Below are positions 27,359 to 38,600 of a stretch of 64,000 bases of DNA, piece after piece. Position 1 is the first letter of the stretch. Each line of letters begins with the position of its first letter. The stretch lies in assembly GCA_016931155.1 (NCBI GenBank), contig JAFGFJ010000006.1:13115-77114 (forward strand), read 5' to 3'. The notes beneath the pieces were generated by a model. That model was not told the origin of the DNA. It was given only the letters and a program-made list of their open reading frames with translations, and did not search any database. A program made the position numbers and the translations under genes. This DNA comes from Candidatus Dojkabacteria bacterium. Lineage in GTDB: Bacteria > Patescibacteriota > Dojkabacteria > B142 > JAFGFJ01.

Positions 27359-28201
27359 TAATGATTCTACAAACTTCCTTGTCACCGCAACAGAAGCAGG
27401 TTCATTCCTTCCCTTTTTTAATGGTTGAAAGCCTAGTGGAACCAAAAAGGGTGCATCCGTCTCAAACACCAAGTTTTCCCTGCCAACAGCCCTCACAATT
27501 TCTCTGATATTCTCCGCTTTTTTGTATGTAATAATCCCATTTATACCAATCTTAAAGCCAAGGCCAGCAATTTTCTTCGCCTGCTCAACTGTACCTGTAA
27601 AGGAGTGAAAGGATCCAGTAAAATTCTTGCTGTCCTTACCTTTAAAAACCTGCTCCTTAAATATTTTTATAATTTCAATGCACTCATCCTCTGCTCCCCT
27701 CGAGTGAATTGAAAGAGGGAGTTTATACTTAATCGCAAGCTCTATCTGACTGGGAAATAATAATTTCTGCATCAATTTACTTTTCTTTTTATCTTCTTCT
27801 GAAATTTTTTCATTTTTGCTAAGCCAGTAAAAATCCATTCCGCACTCCCCAACCATCACAAATTTGCCTGTTGCCAAAAGCCTGTCCAGCTTCTCCATTG
27901 ATTCATTTATCCATTTGCCAATTTCTATCTGAGATTTCGAAAAGACCTCTTCTTTAAAAAGGTCACTTCCCGGAACAAACATCTCCATATCAATTCCCGC
28001 CCCCGGGAAAACAATATTCTTATATTTTTCACTATTCTCTAAGGCTCTCTCAGAGCTCTCAAGATCAATACCAATATCGACTATCCTCTCTACACCCGCC
28101 TGGATTGCCCTTTCTACAACCTTCTCGCGATCCTCATCAAAAGAAGTATCGTTTAAATGACAGTGCGTATCAATAAGTCCTGTTGTTGAAAAAAAATCCA
28201 T
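27353..28201 (-). CDS. tatD: TatD family nuclease
   Basis: DTHCH, GECGMD, HSR, HSF, ETDAP. Confidence 0.95.
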   Translation of the reverse strand: MDFFSTTGLIDTHCHLNDTSFDEDREKVVERAIQAGVERIVDIGIDLESSERALENSEKYKNIVFPGAGIDMEMFVPGSDLFKEEVFSKSQIEIGKWINESMEKLDRLLATGKFVMVGECGMDFYWLSKNEKISEEDKKKSKLMQKLLFPSQIELAIKYKLPLSIHSRGAEDECIEIIKIFKEQVFKGKDSKNFTGSFHSFTGTVEQAKKIAGLGFKIGINGIITYKKAENIREIVRAVGRENLVFETDAPFLVPLGFQPLKKGRNEPASVAVTRKFVESLS

Positions 28202-28298
28202 TTTGAAATTATTCTACAGTTTTTAATAAATTTTTAATCTTTCTTTCATTAATCTTATTTGAAGGCAACTTAGGGTTAATCCAAGTAAATTGAGTCTT

Positions 28299-28895
28299 CT
28301 AAGCCAAAAGTGGCACTATTTCCCTGGACCAATAAGTTAGCTTTTCAATATTTTCTTCGATATAACCTCTTTCTACAAATCTCATATCAGAAATCTCCTT
28401 TTCAACTGGCTTTACATCTTCTACATCTCCAACAAACCTATAAACCAGGCCTACATGGACATGATTAACAGGATTTTCATCTTCTATATAAACAATTCCC
28501 AAAAAGTCTTTTCTTATAATCTTGCCCCCATAATTAACTTCTTCTTCGAACTCTCTATCAATAGCTGAGGTAACAATGTCTTTTCTATCATTTAGGTCTT
28601 GTTCTTCAATATGCCCTCCTACAAGTATGGGCCAAAGACCATGAGCTCTTTTCTCGCCACCATAAGAATTGACTCTATGAATTAAGAACTTATTGCCAAC
28701 TTGTAAAAGTACCTGCCCGATAACTTGCTTAAACGCAGGATCATTTTCTAGTAAACCTCTCTCGCGAAACTCCCCTTCTGTATTAAGTAGTTTGTAGTAA
28801 TAATCCAGATCATCCCTTTTTAGTCCATTCCACTTACCTTTCGAAAATAGTTTTTCCGAATTTATGCACCAAATTTTTTGCTTCATCTTGTCCAT
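28299..28895 (-). CDS. NUDIX-like phosphoesterase
   Basis: ENDPAFKQVI, GGHIE...REFEEEV. Confidence 0.8.
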   Translation of the reverse strand: MDKMKQKIWCINSEKLFSKGKWNGLKRDDLDYYYKLLNTEGEFRERGLLENDPAFKQVIGQVLLQVGNKFLIHRVNSYGGEKRAHGLWPILVGGHIEEQDLNDRKDIVTSAIDREFEEEVNYGGKIIRKDFLGIVYIEDENPVNHVHVGLVYRFVGDVEDVKPVEKEISDMRFVERGYIEENIEKLTYWSREIVPLLA

Positions 28896-28896
28896 A

Positions 28897-30747
28897 CTAT
28901 TTCCCTGTCTTATCTTTTAGCACTAGTTCCTTATCTATCTTTTCAAAAAGCAGCTCTACTTTTCCCGTGAGTTTCGTCTCTTTCACTTCGGTAAAACCCC
29001 AGTCGTCTTTGCTAGCAGAATGTTCCATCTCTTCCCTACCAAGTATTTTAGAAAGCTTTGTTGCTGCCATAGGCAGAAAAGGTCTTATAATCAATCTCAG
29101 AGCCTCAACAAGCTGCAGAAGATTGTACATTACATTTTCCGCTGCTTTTTTATCCGTCTTGATTAAACTCCAGATTTCCTTGTCATTAAAATACCGATTT
29201 GCAAAACGGGCAAGTTCCATAAGTCCATGATAGATAGCATTGGCAAACTCAACTTTTTCAAGATATTTCCCCGTTTTTTCTATCATACTGTGTATGTTTT
29301 CTTTTACTACTTCTTCTATCTCTCCACTTTCCAATTTCCCCATCATTTTCTGATCATAAAAAACCAGCGTCCTATTTATAAAATTGCCAAGATTAGCAAC
29401 GAGTTCATCATTTACTACATCTACAAACCTTTCCCAGATAAAATTCGACTCCTTGTTCTCAGGTAGATTGGAAAGAATAAAATACCGCACTGCATCAGTT
29501 CCAAATTCCTCCGCAATCTCCCTGCTGTCAATAATATTCTCTCTGCTCTTCGAAAATTTTGCCTTGTTAAAATTTAAAAATTTATTGACAACCACGTTGT
29601 ATGGAAGTGCGTATTTCTCATTTGCTTTCCGACCCTTATTTGCTCCAATAAGCTGTCCCGGCCACATTAGTGTATGAAAAACAAGATTATCCTGCCCCAT
29701 AAAGTAGTAGTGCTTGCTGTTTGGATTCATCCACCAGTCTTTCCAGTTTTTTGACTGACTCTTAAAATACCTGAAAAGTCGCTCTTTAGTCTTTTTGTAA
29801 ACTGTCTTATTATCATTTGCCGCAGGATCGCTCTGAACAAGCCCATTCCACTCCTGCGGAGCTGACAAGTACCCTGTCACCGCCTCAAACCAGACATATA
29901 TTCTTTTACCCTCAAAATTAGCAAGTACTTGATCCTCCAAGATCTCTCCTTTTTTTGCCAGTTCCTTTATTTCCTTTTCCGGCAAAACGATAGACCAATC
30001 AAGGTCTCTTGTAATTGCTCTCTTCTCCATACCTTCACTCAGCCACCCAAAGGCTTCAGCAAACACCCATTCCCTCCAAATTTCCTTTTTGCTCTTTTTC
30101 TCATTATTCTCGTCAAACTCGCCATTTAGATATCTTTTCAAATCATTCTCAAGCTTCGGGAAATCAAGGAAATAGTGCTCTGTGTCTTTCAGTTCAACAC
30201 TTTCACCCGACAATTTGCTCACCGGATCAATAAGCTCTCCGTCTTTCAGCCAGCGGCCACAGTTTTCGCATTGGTCACTTCTCTGCTCTTTAGCTTTGCA
30301 GTGAGGACAGATCCCTTCCACATACCGGTCCGGCAGAAATTTATTATCTTTTGCAGAGTAATACTGCTTCATCACACCTTTTACGATAAAACCGCTTTTA
30401 AGAAGCTCCAGAAAAAGCTCGTGTACTACTCTTTTGTGATTTTCTGTTGTAGTTTTCGTGTACAGATTGTAAGTAAGATCATATAGATCAAATAACTCAA
30501 CCACCCTTTTATGATATTCATTGACGATCTCCACTGGTTTTTTCCCCTCCTTGTCTGCCTGTACTGTAATCGGAGTCCCGTGGCAATCCGACCCAGAAAC
30601 CATTAGTACGTCCCTTCCACGAAGCCGCTGATAACGGGCAAAAACGTCTGCCGGAAGCAGATAGCCGGCCAGGTGACCAACGTGCAGATTCCCGTTTACA
30701 TATGGCCAGGCAACCGCAATAAAAATTTTTTCAGAATTATTCCTCAT
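28897..30747 (-). CDS. metG: Methionine--tRNA ligase
   Basis: AWPYVNGNLHVGH, SGSDCHG, YVWFEA, KFSKS. Confidence 0.96.
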   Translation of the reverse strand: MRNNSEKIFIAVAWPYVNGNLHVGHLAGYLLPADVFARYQRLRGRDVLMVSGSDCHGTPITVQADKEGKKPVEIVNEYHKRVVELFDLYDLTYNLYTKTTTENHKRVVHELFLELLKSGFIVKGVMKQYYSAKDNKFLPDRYVEGICPHCKAKEQRSDQCENCGRWLKDGELIDPVSKLSGESVELKDTEHYFLDFPKLENDLKRYLNGEFDENNEKKSKKEIWREWVFAEAFGWLSEGMEKRAITRDLDWSIVLPEKEIKELAKKGEILEDQVLANFEGKRIYVWFEAVTGYLSAPQEWNGLVQSDPAANDNKTVYKKTKERLFRYFKSQSKNWKDWWMNPNSKHYYFMGQDNLVFHTLMWPGQLIGANKGRKANEKYALPYNVVVNKFLNFNKAKFSKSRENIIDSREIAEEFGTDAVRYFILSNLPENKESNFIWERFVDVVNDELVANLGNFINRTLVFYDQKMMGKLESGEIEEVVKENIHSMIEKTGKYLEKVEFANAIYHGLMELARFANRYFNDKEIWSLIKTDKKAAENVMYNLLQLVEALRLIIRPFLPMAATKLSKILGREEMEHSASKDDWGFTEVKETKLTGKVELLFEKIDKELVLKDKTGK

Positions 30748-30800
30748 ACGTTAATTTTAGTGGAAAGCCAGCAACATGTGAATCCATGCCGGAGATACCA

Positions 30801-31232
30801 CTAGATATCTCCAAAAATATTTTCAAAGAAATTCTTATTCCTCATTTGGGCAGGAAAATACTTATCTGCATAGTCATAAGCACACTCAATCAATGCCTCA
30901 AACAAACGCCCCCGTGATGAATCTCTTGCATAACTCAAACATCTTAGTGAACTAGCGATTATCTTTTTGTACCCCCACAGCCTGACTTCAAAAGCGATAC
31001 TCTCCGGCAGATGAGCTTCACTAATGTAGCAATCAAGACTGTCAAGTAACTGGTCTTTTACAACTTCACATAAACAAAAATTACTATCTTCTTCCAGAAG
31101 CGAATTGAAAAAAACTCCTGTCATAAGAAGAGTAGCATCTGTACCGATACCAAACATCATCTTGATACCCATCACGTCTGTGAGGTGTTTTTTCTTATCT
31201 TCAGTTATTCCATAACTCTCAAAATTACCCAT
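30801..31232 (-). CDS. Hypothetical protein
   Basis: 143-aa ATG ORF. Confidence 0.5.
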   Translation of the reverse strand: MGNFESYGITEDKKKHLTDVMGIKMMFGIGTDATLLMTGVFFNSLLEEDSNFCLCEVVKDQLLDSLDCYISEAHLPESIAFEVRLWGYKKIIASSLRCLSYARDSSRGRLFEALIECAYDYADKYFPAQMRNKNFFENIFGDI

Positions 31233-31318
31233 TTTTGTTGCATTTTTAATGGAAATAAATCATTAATAAGGTAAATTAGACCAGAAAACAGATAGGTATA
31301 TACTATATATATCAAAAA

Positions 31319-31858
31319 TTATGTCTTGGGTAAATCTTTATTTGTTACAGGAACTATTTTTCCCTGTAATTTCTCAGTGTTTTTTCGTCTGTCAAGGATT
31401 GTCAAAAACAGCACCTCTATTAGTGCTGTAAGCACAATACATCCTGCTACAATATATGTCTCAAAGGATCCGTTTAATCTTAATAACACAAGACTTTCCA
31501 CAAGTAATCCCAGAATAGTACCCCTTCTTATGGAACTAAAAACCGAAGGATTCTCATAAAATTTTCTAAAAAACAATTTATCAATAAATAAGTGTAATGC
31601 TGAGAAGCCTGATACAATCACCACCAATAGAACCACTCCTATAGCAATTACGTTTTTTATATTCAGAAGATAAAAAACACTTCCGTTTTCTATTCCTTCT
31701 ATTACAAACTCTTGAAACTCACTACCCGTCAGCAGTCCAAATCTATCTACTGCCTGATTTACTGCCTGTTCATCCCATGGGGAGAGAATAGTAACGATGT
31801 AATATAATACTCCGATAAATACCACAAAAATTATTAATGAGTAAAGTGAATATCGCAT
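31319..31858 (-). CDS. Multi-TM membrane protein
   Basis: About four hydrophobic segments. Confidence 0.7.
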   Translation of the reverse strand: MRYSLYSLIIFVVFIGVLYYIVTILSPWDEQAVNQAVDRFGLLTGSEFQEFVIEGIENGSVFYLLNIKNVIAIGVVLLVVIVSGFSALHLFIDKLFFRKFYENPSVFSSIRRGTILGLLVESLVLLRLNGSFETYIVAGCIVLTALIEVLFLTILDRRKNTEKLQGKIVPVTNKDLPKT

Positions 31859-31870
31859 ATTGGCAAGTAT

Positions 31871-32791
31871 TTACAACTTCTCATAAAATTTCTTCATTAG
31901 AAGGGCATCCTGCTCAAGATTTGGACTTTCACATACTACATATCCCCCAACGTTATTAGCCTTAAGCGCTGCCAGGCAATCCCTCCAATTAATAACACTG
32001 CCTCCCATCTTACTTTGCTTAGAAAGAGCCTCATTGGTCTTCTCAATACCATTTATTCTCACCCCTGTATTCTCATACTCAAAAAGGGATGACAACAGGG
32101 TTACATGGTTCTTCTCACCTTTTTCGCCAAACAGAATACCTGAAAGATGGATATGAAGTTCTCTCAAGAAATCTTTTCCCAATCTGTCTGAAACAAGCTT
32201 AATTATTCGATCAAATTCTTTGAATGTATTATACTTCCCATTACTCCTGGCAATTAAATGAGAAAAATCAATACAAAGAGCAAGGTTGGGAACCCTCATT
32301 TCTTCTACCAGAGTAATAAGTGACCCAATATCTCCGAACTGTGAGGACTTCCCTGTTAGTTCTGGTGAGATTCGTATTTTTAAACCCTTTATCATTATGA
32401 AAACCTCTCTTAGTGCCTGTTTCACGGATTCTTTTATAATTTTCTCATCCTTGCCTTGAAAAAATGCAGAATGAAATGTAACTGATTTAGCCCCGGCAAT
32501 TTCGCCAATTTTTGCTGACTGAACTATTCTGTTTATACTTGCATACCATGTCTTTTTATCGTCAGACGCCAAATTGATGTAATAAGGGCCATGTACAGTG
32601 AGGCTAACTCCTTCCCTCTCCGCACACTCCCTGACTTTAATGGCCAATTCCTCACCCATTCTTACTCCGTGTACAAATTCAAGCTCCATGTGGTTTAGAC
32701 CAATTTCTTTTACTCTTTTAATTCCTGAGAGTACATCGTGTTTTTTTGAAGTAATCGGTATACCAGCCGTACCAAACCTCAGGTTAGCCAT
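31871..32791 (-). CDS. nfo: Endonuclease IV / AP endonuclease family 2
   Basis: FGTAG, HGPYYINL, ELTGK, CIDFSH, HIHLSG, CESP. Confidence 0.88.
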   Translation of the reverse strand: MANLRFGTAGIPITSKKHDVLSGIKRVKEIGLNHMELEFVHGVRMGEELAIKVRECAEREGVSLTVHGPYYINLASDDKKTWYASINRIVQSAKIGEIAGAKSVTFHSAFFQGKDEKIIKESVKQALREVFIMIKGLKIRISPELTGKSSQFGDIGSLITLVEEMRVPNLALCIDFSHLIARSNGKYNTFKEFDRIIKLVSDRLGKDFLRELHIHLSGILFGEKGEKNHVTLLSSLFEYENTGVRINGIEKTNEALSKQSKMGGSVINWRDCLAALKANNVGGYVVCESPNLEQDALLMKKFYEKL

Positions 32792-33080
32792 TTTTTGCCT
32801 TTTTATATACAAGGAAATAATATACCAGAGCACCAATAGCTCCTCCCAGGATGACAATCAGGAGCCAAAGAGTTTTCTGATTTTCACCCTTATCAGGAAA
32901 ATTCTGATCTTCTCTTTTTGCCAGATCAATAAGCATGACAAGCCAAAGAACCATCCCTGCAATACCCAAAATTATTCCGACACAATAAATACACATCCAC
33001 ACAACCCAAAAAGAGGCCATTCCGAGACCAAATACTGCGGCGAAAGCCCCTGATGCAGCGTCTGACGAAGATTCGTACAT
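32784..33080 (-). CDS. PLDc_N-like small membrane protein
   Basis: MLID...KTLWLLIVILGGAIGALVYYF. Confidence 0.75.
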   Translation of the reverse strand: MYESSSDAASGAFAAVFGLGMASFWVVWMCIYCVGIILGIAGMVLWLVMLIDLAKREDQNFPDKGENQKTLWLLIVILGGAIGALVYYFLVYKKAKNG

Positions 33081-33194
33081 AGAAAAGTTTTAATAAGTAT
33101 TCTTCTTTGATCTTATCAAATTTGCCGCAAAATCAACAATCTGGTACAATCTGAACCGAGCGATCTGGTATATTTGGTTTAATAATTCAGTAAT

Positions 33195-33383
33195 ATGGCA
33201 ACAAAAAGAACCTATCAGCCGAAAAAGAAAAGGAGGATTAGAAGCCTGGGCTTTCGTGCCAGAAATGCCACAAAATCAGGGAGAAGAGTATTAAAGAGCA
33301 GAAGATCAAAGGGGAGACTTATTCTTACTGTTTCGGATGAGATAAGATCAGACAAGAACAAAAGACTTCGAAGAAGGAGATAA
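33195..33383 (+). CDS. rpmH: 50S ribosomal protein bL34
   Basis: KRTYQP...[23 protein letters not shown]. Confidence 0.95.
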   Translation: MATKRTYQPKKKRRIRSLGFRARNATKSGRRVLKSRRSKGRLILTVSDEIRSDKNKRLRRRR

Positions 33384-33445
33384 TTTTTACTCCGGGATAT
33401 TTTTTTCCAGTTGTGTATAATATTTCCATATTATTTCTTGTTTCT

Positions 33446-33817
33446 ATGCTTCCAAAAGGCTATCGGATAAGAAAATCGAAGGAATTCGACCTGATCAGGA
33501 CGGAAGGAGTAAAATACAAAAGCAAAAACTTTATGCTGGTTGTACGTAAAATTTCTCCTAAAGAGCTTGATCTAGCGGCCGAGAAGGAACAAACGTACCC
33601 CCGCTTTGGCTTTATTGTTTCCAAGAAAATCGGTGGAGCTGTTGTACGGAATAAAGTCAAAAGATGGCTCAGAGAGGCTGTAAGATTGGAATTGCATAGT
33701 ATCCCGAAAAATATTGAAGCTACTCTTATTGCATTTAAAGACGCTGATAAAAGCAGCTTTAATGAGCTGAGAGATGAACTAAAGAAAATATTAGAAAATA
33801 TAAAAAGAGATTCCTGA
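33446..33817 (+). CDS. rnpA: RNase P protein
   Basis: RFGFIVSKKIGGAVVRNKVKRWLRE. Confidence 0.95.
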   Translation: MLPKGYRIRKSKEFDLIRTEGVKYKSKNFMLVVRKISPKELDLAAEKEQTYPRFGFIVSKKIGGAVVRNKVKRWLREAVRLELHSIPKNIEATLIAFKDADKSSFNELRDELKKILENIKRDS

Positions 33818-33838
33818 CACACAGGCTGAAAAAAGCTT

Positions 33839-34603
33839 TCAAACAGAGGTTTCCATCGGACTACATTCTGATATAGGAAAAAATCGCTCGTAATTTTCGA
33901 AAAGAAAATCTTGCACCTTTCGGCAACCAAGTAAGAAACTTGCAAGGTCATTTTTATAATTGTCTTTCACACATACTTCTCCCCACAATTCCATAGCCAT
34001 TTCCTTTTGACCACTCTTAACAAGTTCATTTATTGCCCACAGAACTGAATACTTATCTCTTTGACTCAAAGTATGTGGTGCTAAGGCAATCTTTGCCGCA
34101 ACATATTTGTTTTCTAGTACTTCATTAACGTAGGGTTCTGGAACCGGACTAACAAAAGCTTCTAAAGACAATTTCGAATTATCTAATCCTTCCAAGACAA
34201 ATACAAATTCAATCGAATTTTTGTATTCATGATTTCTTATATCTAAAAGACTTTGTGCTTCTCTTATATGTGCTAATTCGTGATCAATTAGATTCATTTC
34301 ACCCTCCTCAATCAACGAAGAAAGATTCTTACTCACGATTAAACCGTTAGTATTAGCAACTTCAATTGCGAATTTCCTAAACATAGCTTTAAATGTGACA
34401 AGTTGATTATTATCCAGATTCAACAAAGTACTAATATCAATTCTAATTGTACCTTTATTTATTTCCCGCTCATTTCCCGGTTTACCTGATTCGTAAGCTT
34501 GAACTGTCTCTTTACTCACAGGAGAAATACTCCCAGCATAGCCTAGTTCCAAATCGGGAAATATGTCGAGAATATAATTATCAGGAGAAGAAGTTTCCGA
34601 CAA
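33839..34603 (-). CDS. Hypothetical protein with HExxH motif
   Basis: LIDHELAH. Confidence 0.6.
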   Translation of the reverse strand: MSETSSPDNYILDIFPDLELGYAGSISPVSKETVQAYESGKPGNEREINKGTIRIDISTLLNLDNNQLVTFKAMFRKFAIEVANTNGLIVSKNLSSLIEEGEMNLIDHELAHIREAQSLLDIRNHEYKNSIEFVFVLEGLDNSKLSLEAFVSPVPEPYVNEVLENKYVAAKIALAPHTLSQRDKYSVLWAINELVKSGQKEMAMELWGEVCVKDNYKNDLASFLLGCRKVQDFLFENYERFFPISECSPMETSV

Positions 34604-34620
34604 TGTTCGTGTGTGAAAAT

Positions 34621-35094
34621 TTAAAATGCAAAATGCGCAAATGCTTTATTTGCTTCTGCCATTCTCACTGTTTCCTCCTTCTTTTTAATAGCATCCCCTT
34701 GCTTATTTGTAGCATTTAGTAGTTCTGCAGTTAGAGCCTCTTCAAAAGGTTTGTTTCCTCTGTGGCTCCTTGCAGCCTCAATTATCCATTTCATGGCAAG
34801 TGCTTCTTGCCTCTTTTCATCAACTGGCACTGGAACCTGGTAGTTTGCTCCGCCTACTCTTCTTGCCTTGATTTCAATAGGAGGTTTGACATTTAACAAA
34901 GCTTTCTCAAAAAGCTCAACAGGATTTCCACCTTTAAGCTCAGAAGAGAGCTTGTCCAGGCTGTTGTATACTGCACTCCTGGCAATATTTTTCTTACCGC
35001 CAACCATCAGGTAATTAATAAACTTCGAAAGTTTAATACTACCGTATTTCGGATCAGCATCAATTTCTCTTTGTTTTGCTCTTTTACCTCTCAT
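34621..35094 (-). CDS. rpsG: 30S ribosomal protein uS7
   Basis: RRVGGANYQVP, MAEANKAFAH. Confidence 0.97.
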   Translation of the reverse strand: MRGKRAKQREIDADPKYGSIKLSKFINYLMVGGKKNIARSAVYNSLDKLSSELKGGNPVELFEKALLNVKPPIEIKARRVGGANYQVPVPVDEKRQEALAMKWIIEAARSHRGNKPFEEALTAELLNATNKQGDAIKKKEETVRMAEANKAFAHFAF

Positions 35095-35149
35095 TTTTAT
35101 TAATTTTAATCATAACAACAAGAACAAACCGATTCGACTCATCGGAAAA

Positions 35150-35590
35150 CTATTTACTCTTTGCTCCGTATCTGCTTCTGCCCTGTTTCCTTCCCTCAAC
35201 TGGAGAAGCATCGTATACACCTCTTACCACTTCATACTTCACACCTGGAAGGTCAGGAGTTCTGCCTGCCTTCAAAAGCACGACAGAGTGCTCTCTCAGG
35301 TTATGTCCTATTCCAGGTATATAAGCCGTAACCTCCTGTTTGTTCGAAAGCCTCACTCTGGCAACTTTTCTTAGAGCTGAGTTTGGTTTTTTAGGTGTTC
35401 TTGTAAACACAGAAATACAAACCCCTCTTCTAAATGGATTCGGCTTCCTGAAATACTTGTTTTGCACACTATTAAAATTAAAGTGCAAAGCCTTGTATTT
35501 TGTCTTTTCAGAAAAAACAAGACTCTTGAACCTCACTGAGCCTTTCTTTGGTTTTCTTGGTTTTCTTATTAGCTGCGATATTCTTGCCAT
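35150..35590 (-). CDS. rpsL: 30S ribosomal protein uS12
   Basis: [24 protein letters not shown]. Confidence 0.97.
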   Translation of the reverse strand: MARISQLIRKPRKPKKGSVRFKSLVFSEKTKYKALHFNFNSVQNKYFRKPNPFRRGVCISVFTRTPKKPNSALRKVARVRLSNKQEVTAYIPGIGHNLREHSVVLLKAGRTPDLPGVKYEVVRGVYDASPVEGRKQGRSRYGAKSK

Positions 35591-35603
35591 TTTCTATAGA
35601 TTT

Positions 35604-38600
35604 TTATACTTTCTTGAGGAGTTCTTTTCCTAAGGGGACAGGTCTTCCGATTATAACATTCTCCTTCAACCCTCTCAAATTATCCACTTTCCCCACAAGA
35701 GCAGCATCCGTTAATACTCTTACCTGTTGCTCAAATGAGGCCGATGACAGGAAGCTTTCAGTTTTAAGTGCTGCAGTAGTTATTCCAAGTATCTGTCTTA
35801 CATATTTTATTTGTTCTTTATTTGCTTTCTTCAATTCATTATTCTTTTCATCCAGTATAAGAAATGCAAGATATTCTTCAGGAAGGAATTCCGAACCACC
35901 AGTATCAGTAATTTTACCATACCTGCTCATCTGTCTCACAACCACTTCAACGTGCTTATCATCAAGCCCGATCCCTTGCACCCCGTAGGTCTTTTGAACC
36001 TGGTCAATGATATATGCCTGTGCTTCTTCAACTCCTCTAAACTCCATTATTTCCTTTGGGTCAAGAGATCCTGCGGTTAAAGGAGTTCCCATTGTTATCT
36101 GATCTCCATCTTTAACAACAATATCAACCCCAGGCTCCAATACGTATTCCTGTTCTACCGACTTAACCCCTGAAACAATAATTTTTCCGTCAGTCAAGGT
36201 TGCCTGACCATCTTGCTCAGACTTTATTTCAATTCCACTTTTCTTAATCAATATTACATCTCCCTTGTTAACTTTTTTGCTTTTCTTGAATGGAACATCA
36301 TCACCTTTTTTTACTTCATACTCTTTTTCCATTTTTCTCTCAGCCGTTACAATAATTTTTATATTTAACCCACCTTCATCTTTCATTATCTTTACTTTAC
36401 CATCATTTTCAGAAAGAATAGCTTTTGCTTTTGGAGTTCTTGCCTCAAAAAGTTCTGCCACTCTTGGAAGACCTTGTGTAATATCAAGCCCTGCTCTCCC
36501 TCCAAGGTGCTTAGTATTTAGTGTCAATTGAGTAGCGGCTTCTCCCATTGCCTGAGCAGCTATTACGCCAACCGCAATACCCTTTTCGATGAGTTTACCG
36601 TCACCAAGACTATATCCATAGCATTTCCTGCAAATACCCTCCATCGAGTCGCAAGTAAGTGCAGACCTTACTTTTATCTTTGAAATACCTGATTCATCAA
36701 TTATGTGAGCCAGCTCCCTCGTTATTTCATCTCCATTTTTTACAATTACTTCTCCAGTTTTCTCATCAATAATATTTTCTGCTGCAAATCTACCTGTAAC
36801 TCTTTCTCTGAATGTCATTCTCCTCTCATCATCTCTGTTTAGGTAAATCCCGTTTTTTGTTTCACAATCCTCAATTCTTGTAATTACATCCTGTGCTACA
36901 TCTACAAGCCTTCTGGTAAGATAGCCCGACTCTGCGGTTTTCAGCGCAGTATCAGCAAGCCCTTTTCTTGTCCCTCTTGCAGCAACAAAATACTCGAGTC
37001 CAGGAAGACCATCTTTGTAGTTTGACCTCAAAGGAAGCTCTACTGTTTTTCCAAGTGGATCAAGGATAAGACCTTTAACTCCCGATATCTGCCTCAAAGG
37101 ATTCTTAACCGGGGTTGCTCCTGACGCTTCGAATATCGCAAGATTGTTTCCTGCTTCTTCGTATTTTTTCCACACATCCTCAGATATTGTATCAATAGTC
37201 TCAAACCAGATCTGTTCAATAAGTCTTCTCTTTTCTTCCTGGGTTACAAGTCCACTATAGTAGTCCTGAGTAAGCTGATCCTCTCTCTTTTCAACATCTG
37301 CAAGGACACTCTCCCGCTTGTCACTTGAAAGAAAATCACTAATACTTACCGATATTCCGGATTTCGTAGCATATTTAAAACCAAGATATTCAATATCATC
37401 CAAAAATCTTACAGCCTCATTGTTTCCGTATTTTTCCAGAATTTCAGAAGCAATATCACCAATTTGACCTTTTGTAATTTGTGAGTTCACAAACCTGAAC
37501 CCTTCAGGAAGAATTTCATTGAAAATTAATCTTCCAATAGTTGATTCAATGATTTCCTCATTTATACTTATCTTTACCTTGTCGAAAATTTCAACTTCTC
37601 CGTTATTGTGCGCGCCAATAGCTTCGTTCACTGATCCGTACAACCTTGTCTCAGCACCTTCTTTTTCACCAGTCAAGTAATATATTCCAAGTGCCATATC
37701 TTTGTTCGCATTGATAACAGGCCTTCCATCTGCTTGGAGAAGAACGTTTGAACTTGCAAACATTCTATCAAGCACCTCCTCAATTGCTTTTTTAGAAAGA
37801 GGAACATGCACTGCCATCTGATCCCCATCGAAGTCAGCATTAAAACCTGAACAGATCATCGGGTGAATCTGAATAGCATTACCCTCGGTCAGTATCGGGA
37901 AAAATGCCTGAATACCTTGCTTGTGAAGGGTAGGAGCACGGTTCAGTAAAACCGGCCTATCCTTAATTACTCTTTCCAGAATATCCCAAACTTCGTGCGA
38001 TTTTGATTCAAAATAATTTTTTGCACTCTTCAAATTTGGGGCAAATCCGTCAGCAATAATCTCTCTAATTACAAATGGCTTGAAAAGCTCTAAAGCCATG
38101 ATTTTTGGAATACCGCACTGATAGATACTAAGCTCAGGTCCCGCAACAATGACTGCTCTTCCTGAATAATCCACTCTTTTTCCTAAAAGATTCTGTCTGA
38201 ATCTTCCCTGCTTTCCTCTAAGCATATCGGAAAGGGATTTATACGGCTGTCCTGCTGTGTTGAGTACTGCATTTCCAGGTCTATGACTGTTGTCCATAAG
38301 GGCATCAACCGCCTCCTGAAGCATTCTTTTTTCATTTCTCAAAATAATTTCAGGTGCCCCAAGATTTACAAGTCTTTTAAGTCTGTTATTTCTGTTTATT
38401 ACCCTTCTGTAGAGATCATTCAGATCGGATGTAGCAAATCTTCCTCCAGCAAGCTGAATGATAGGTCTTAGATCTGCAGGAAGAACAGGAATAATGTCAG
38501 TAACAATTGAAGTTGGATCAATATTATTCTTCTTCATTCCAAGAAGAATTCTTAACCTTTTTACAATTTTCTTTGCTTTAAGATCTGATTTTGTTGTTTC

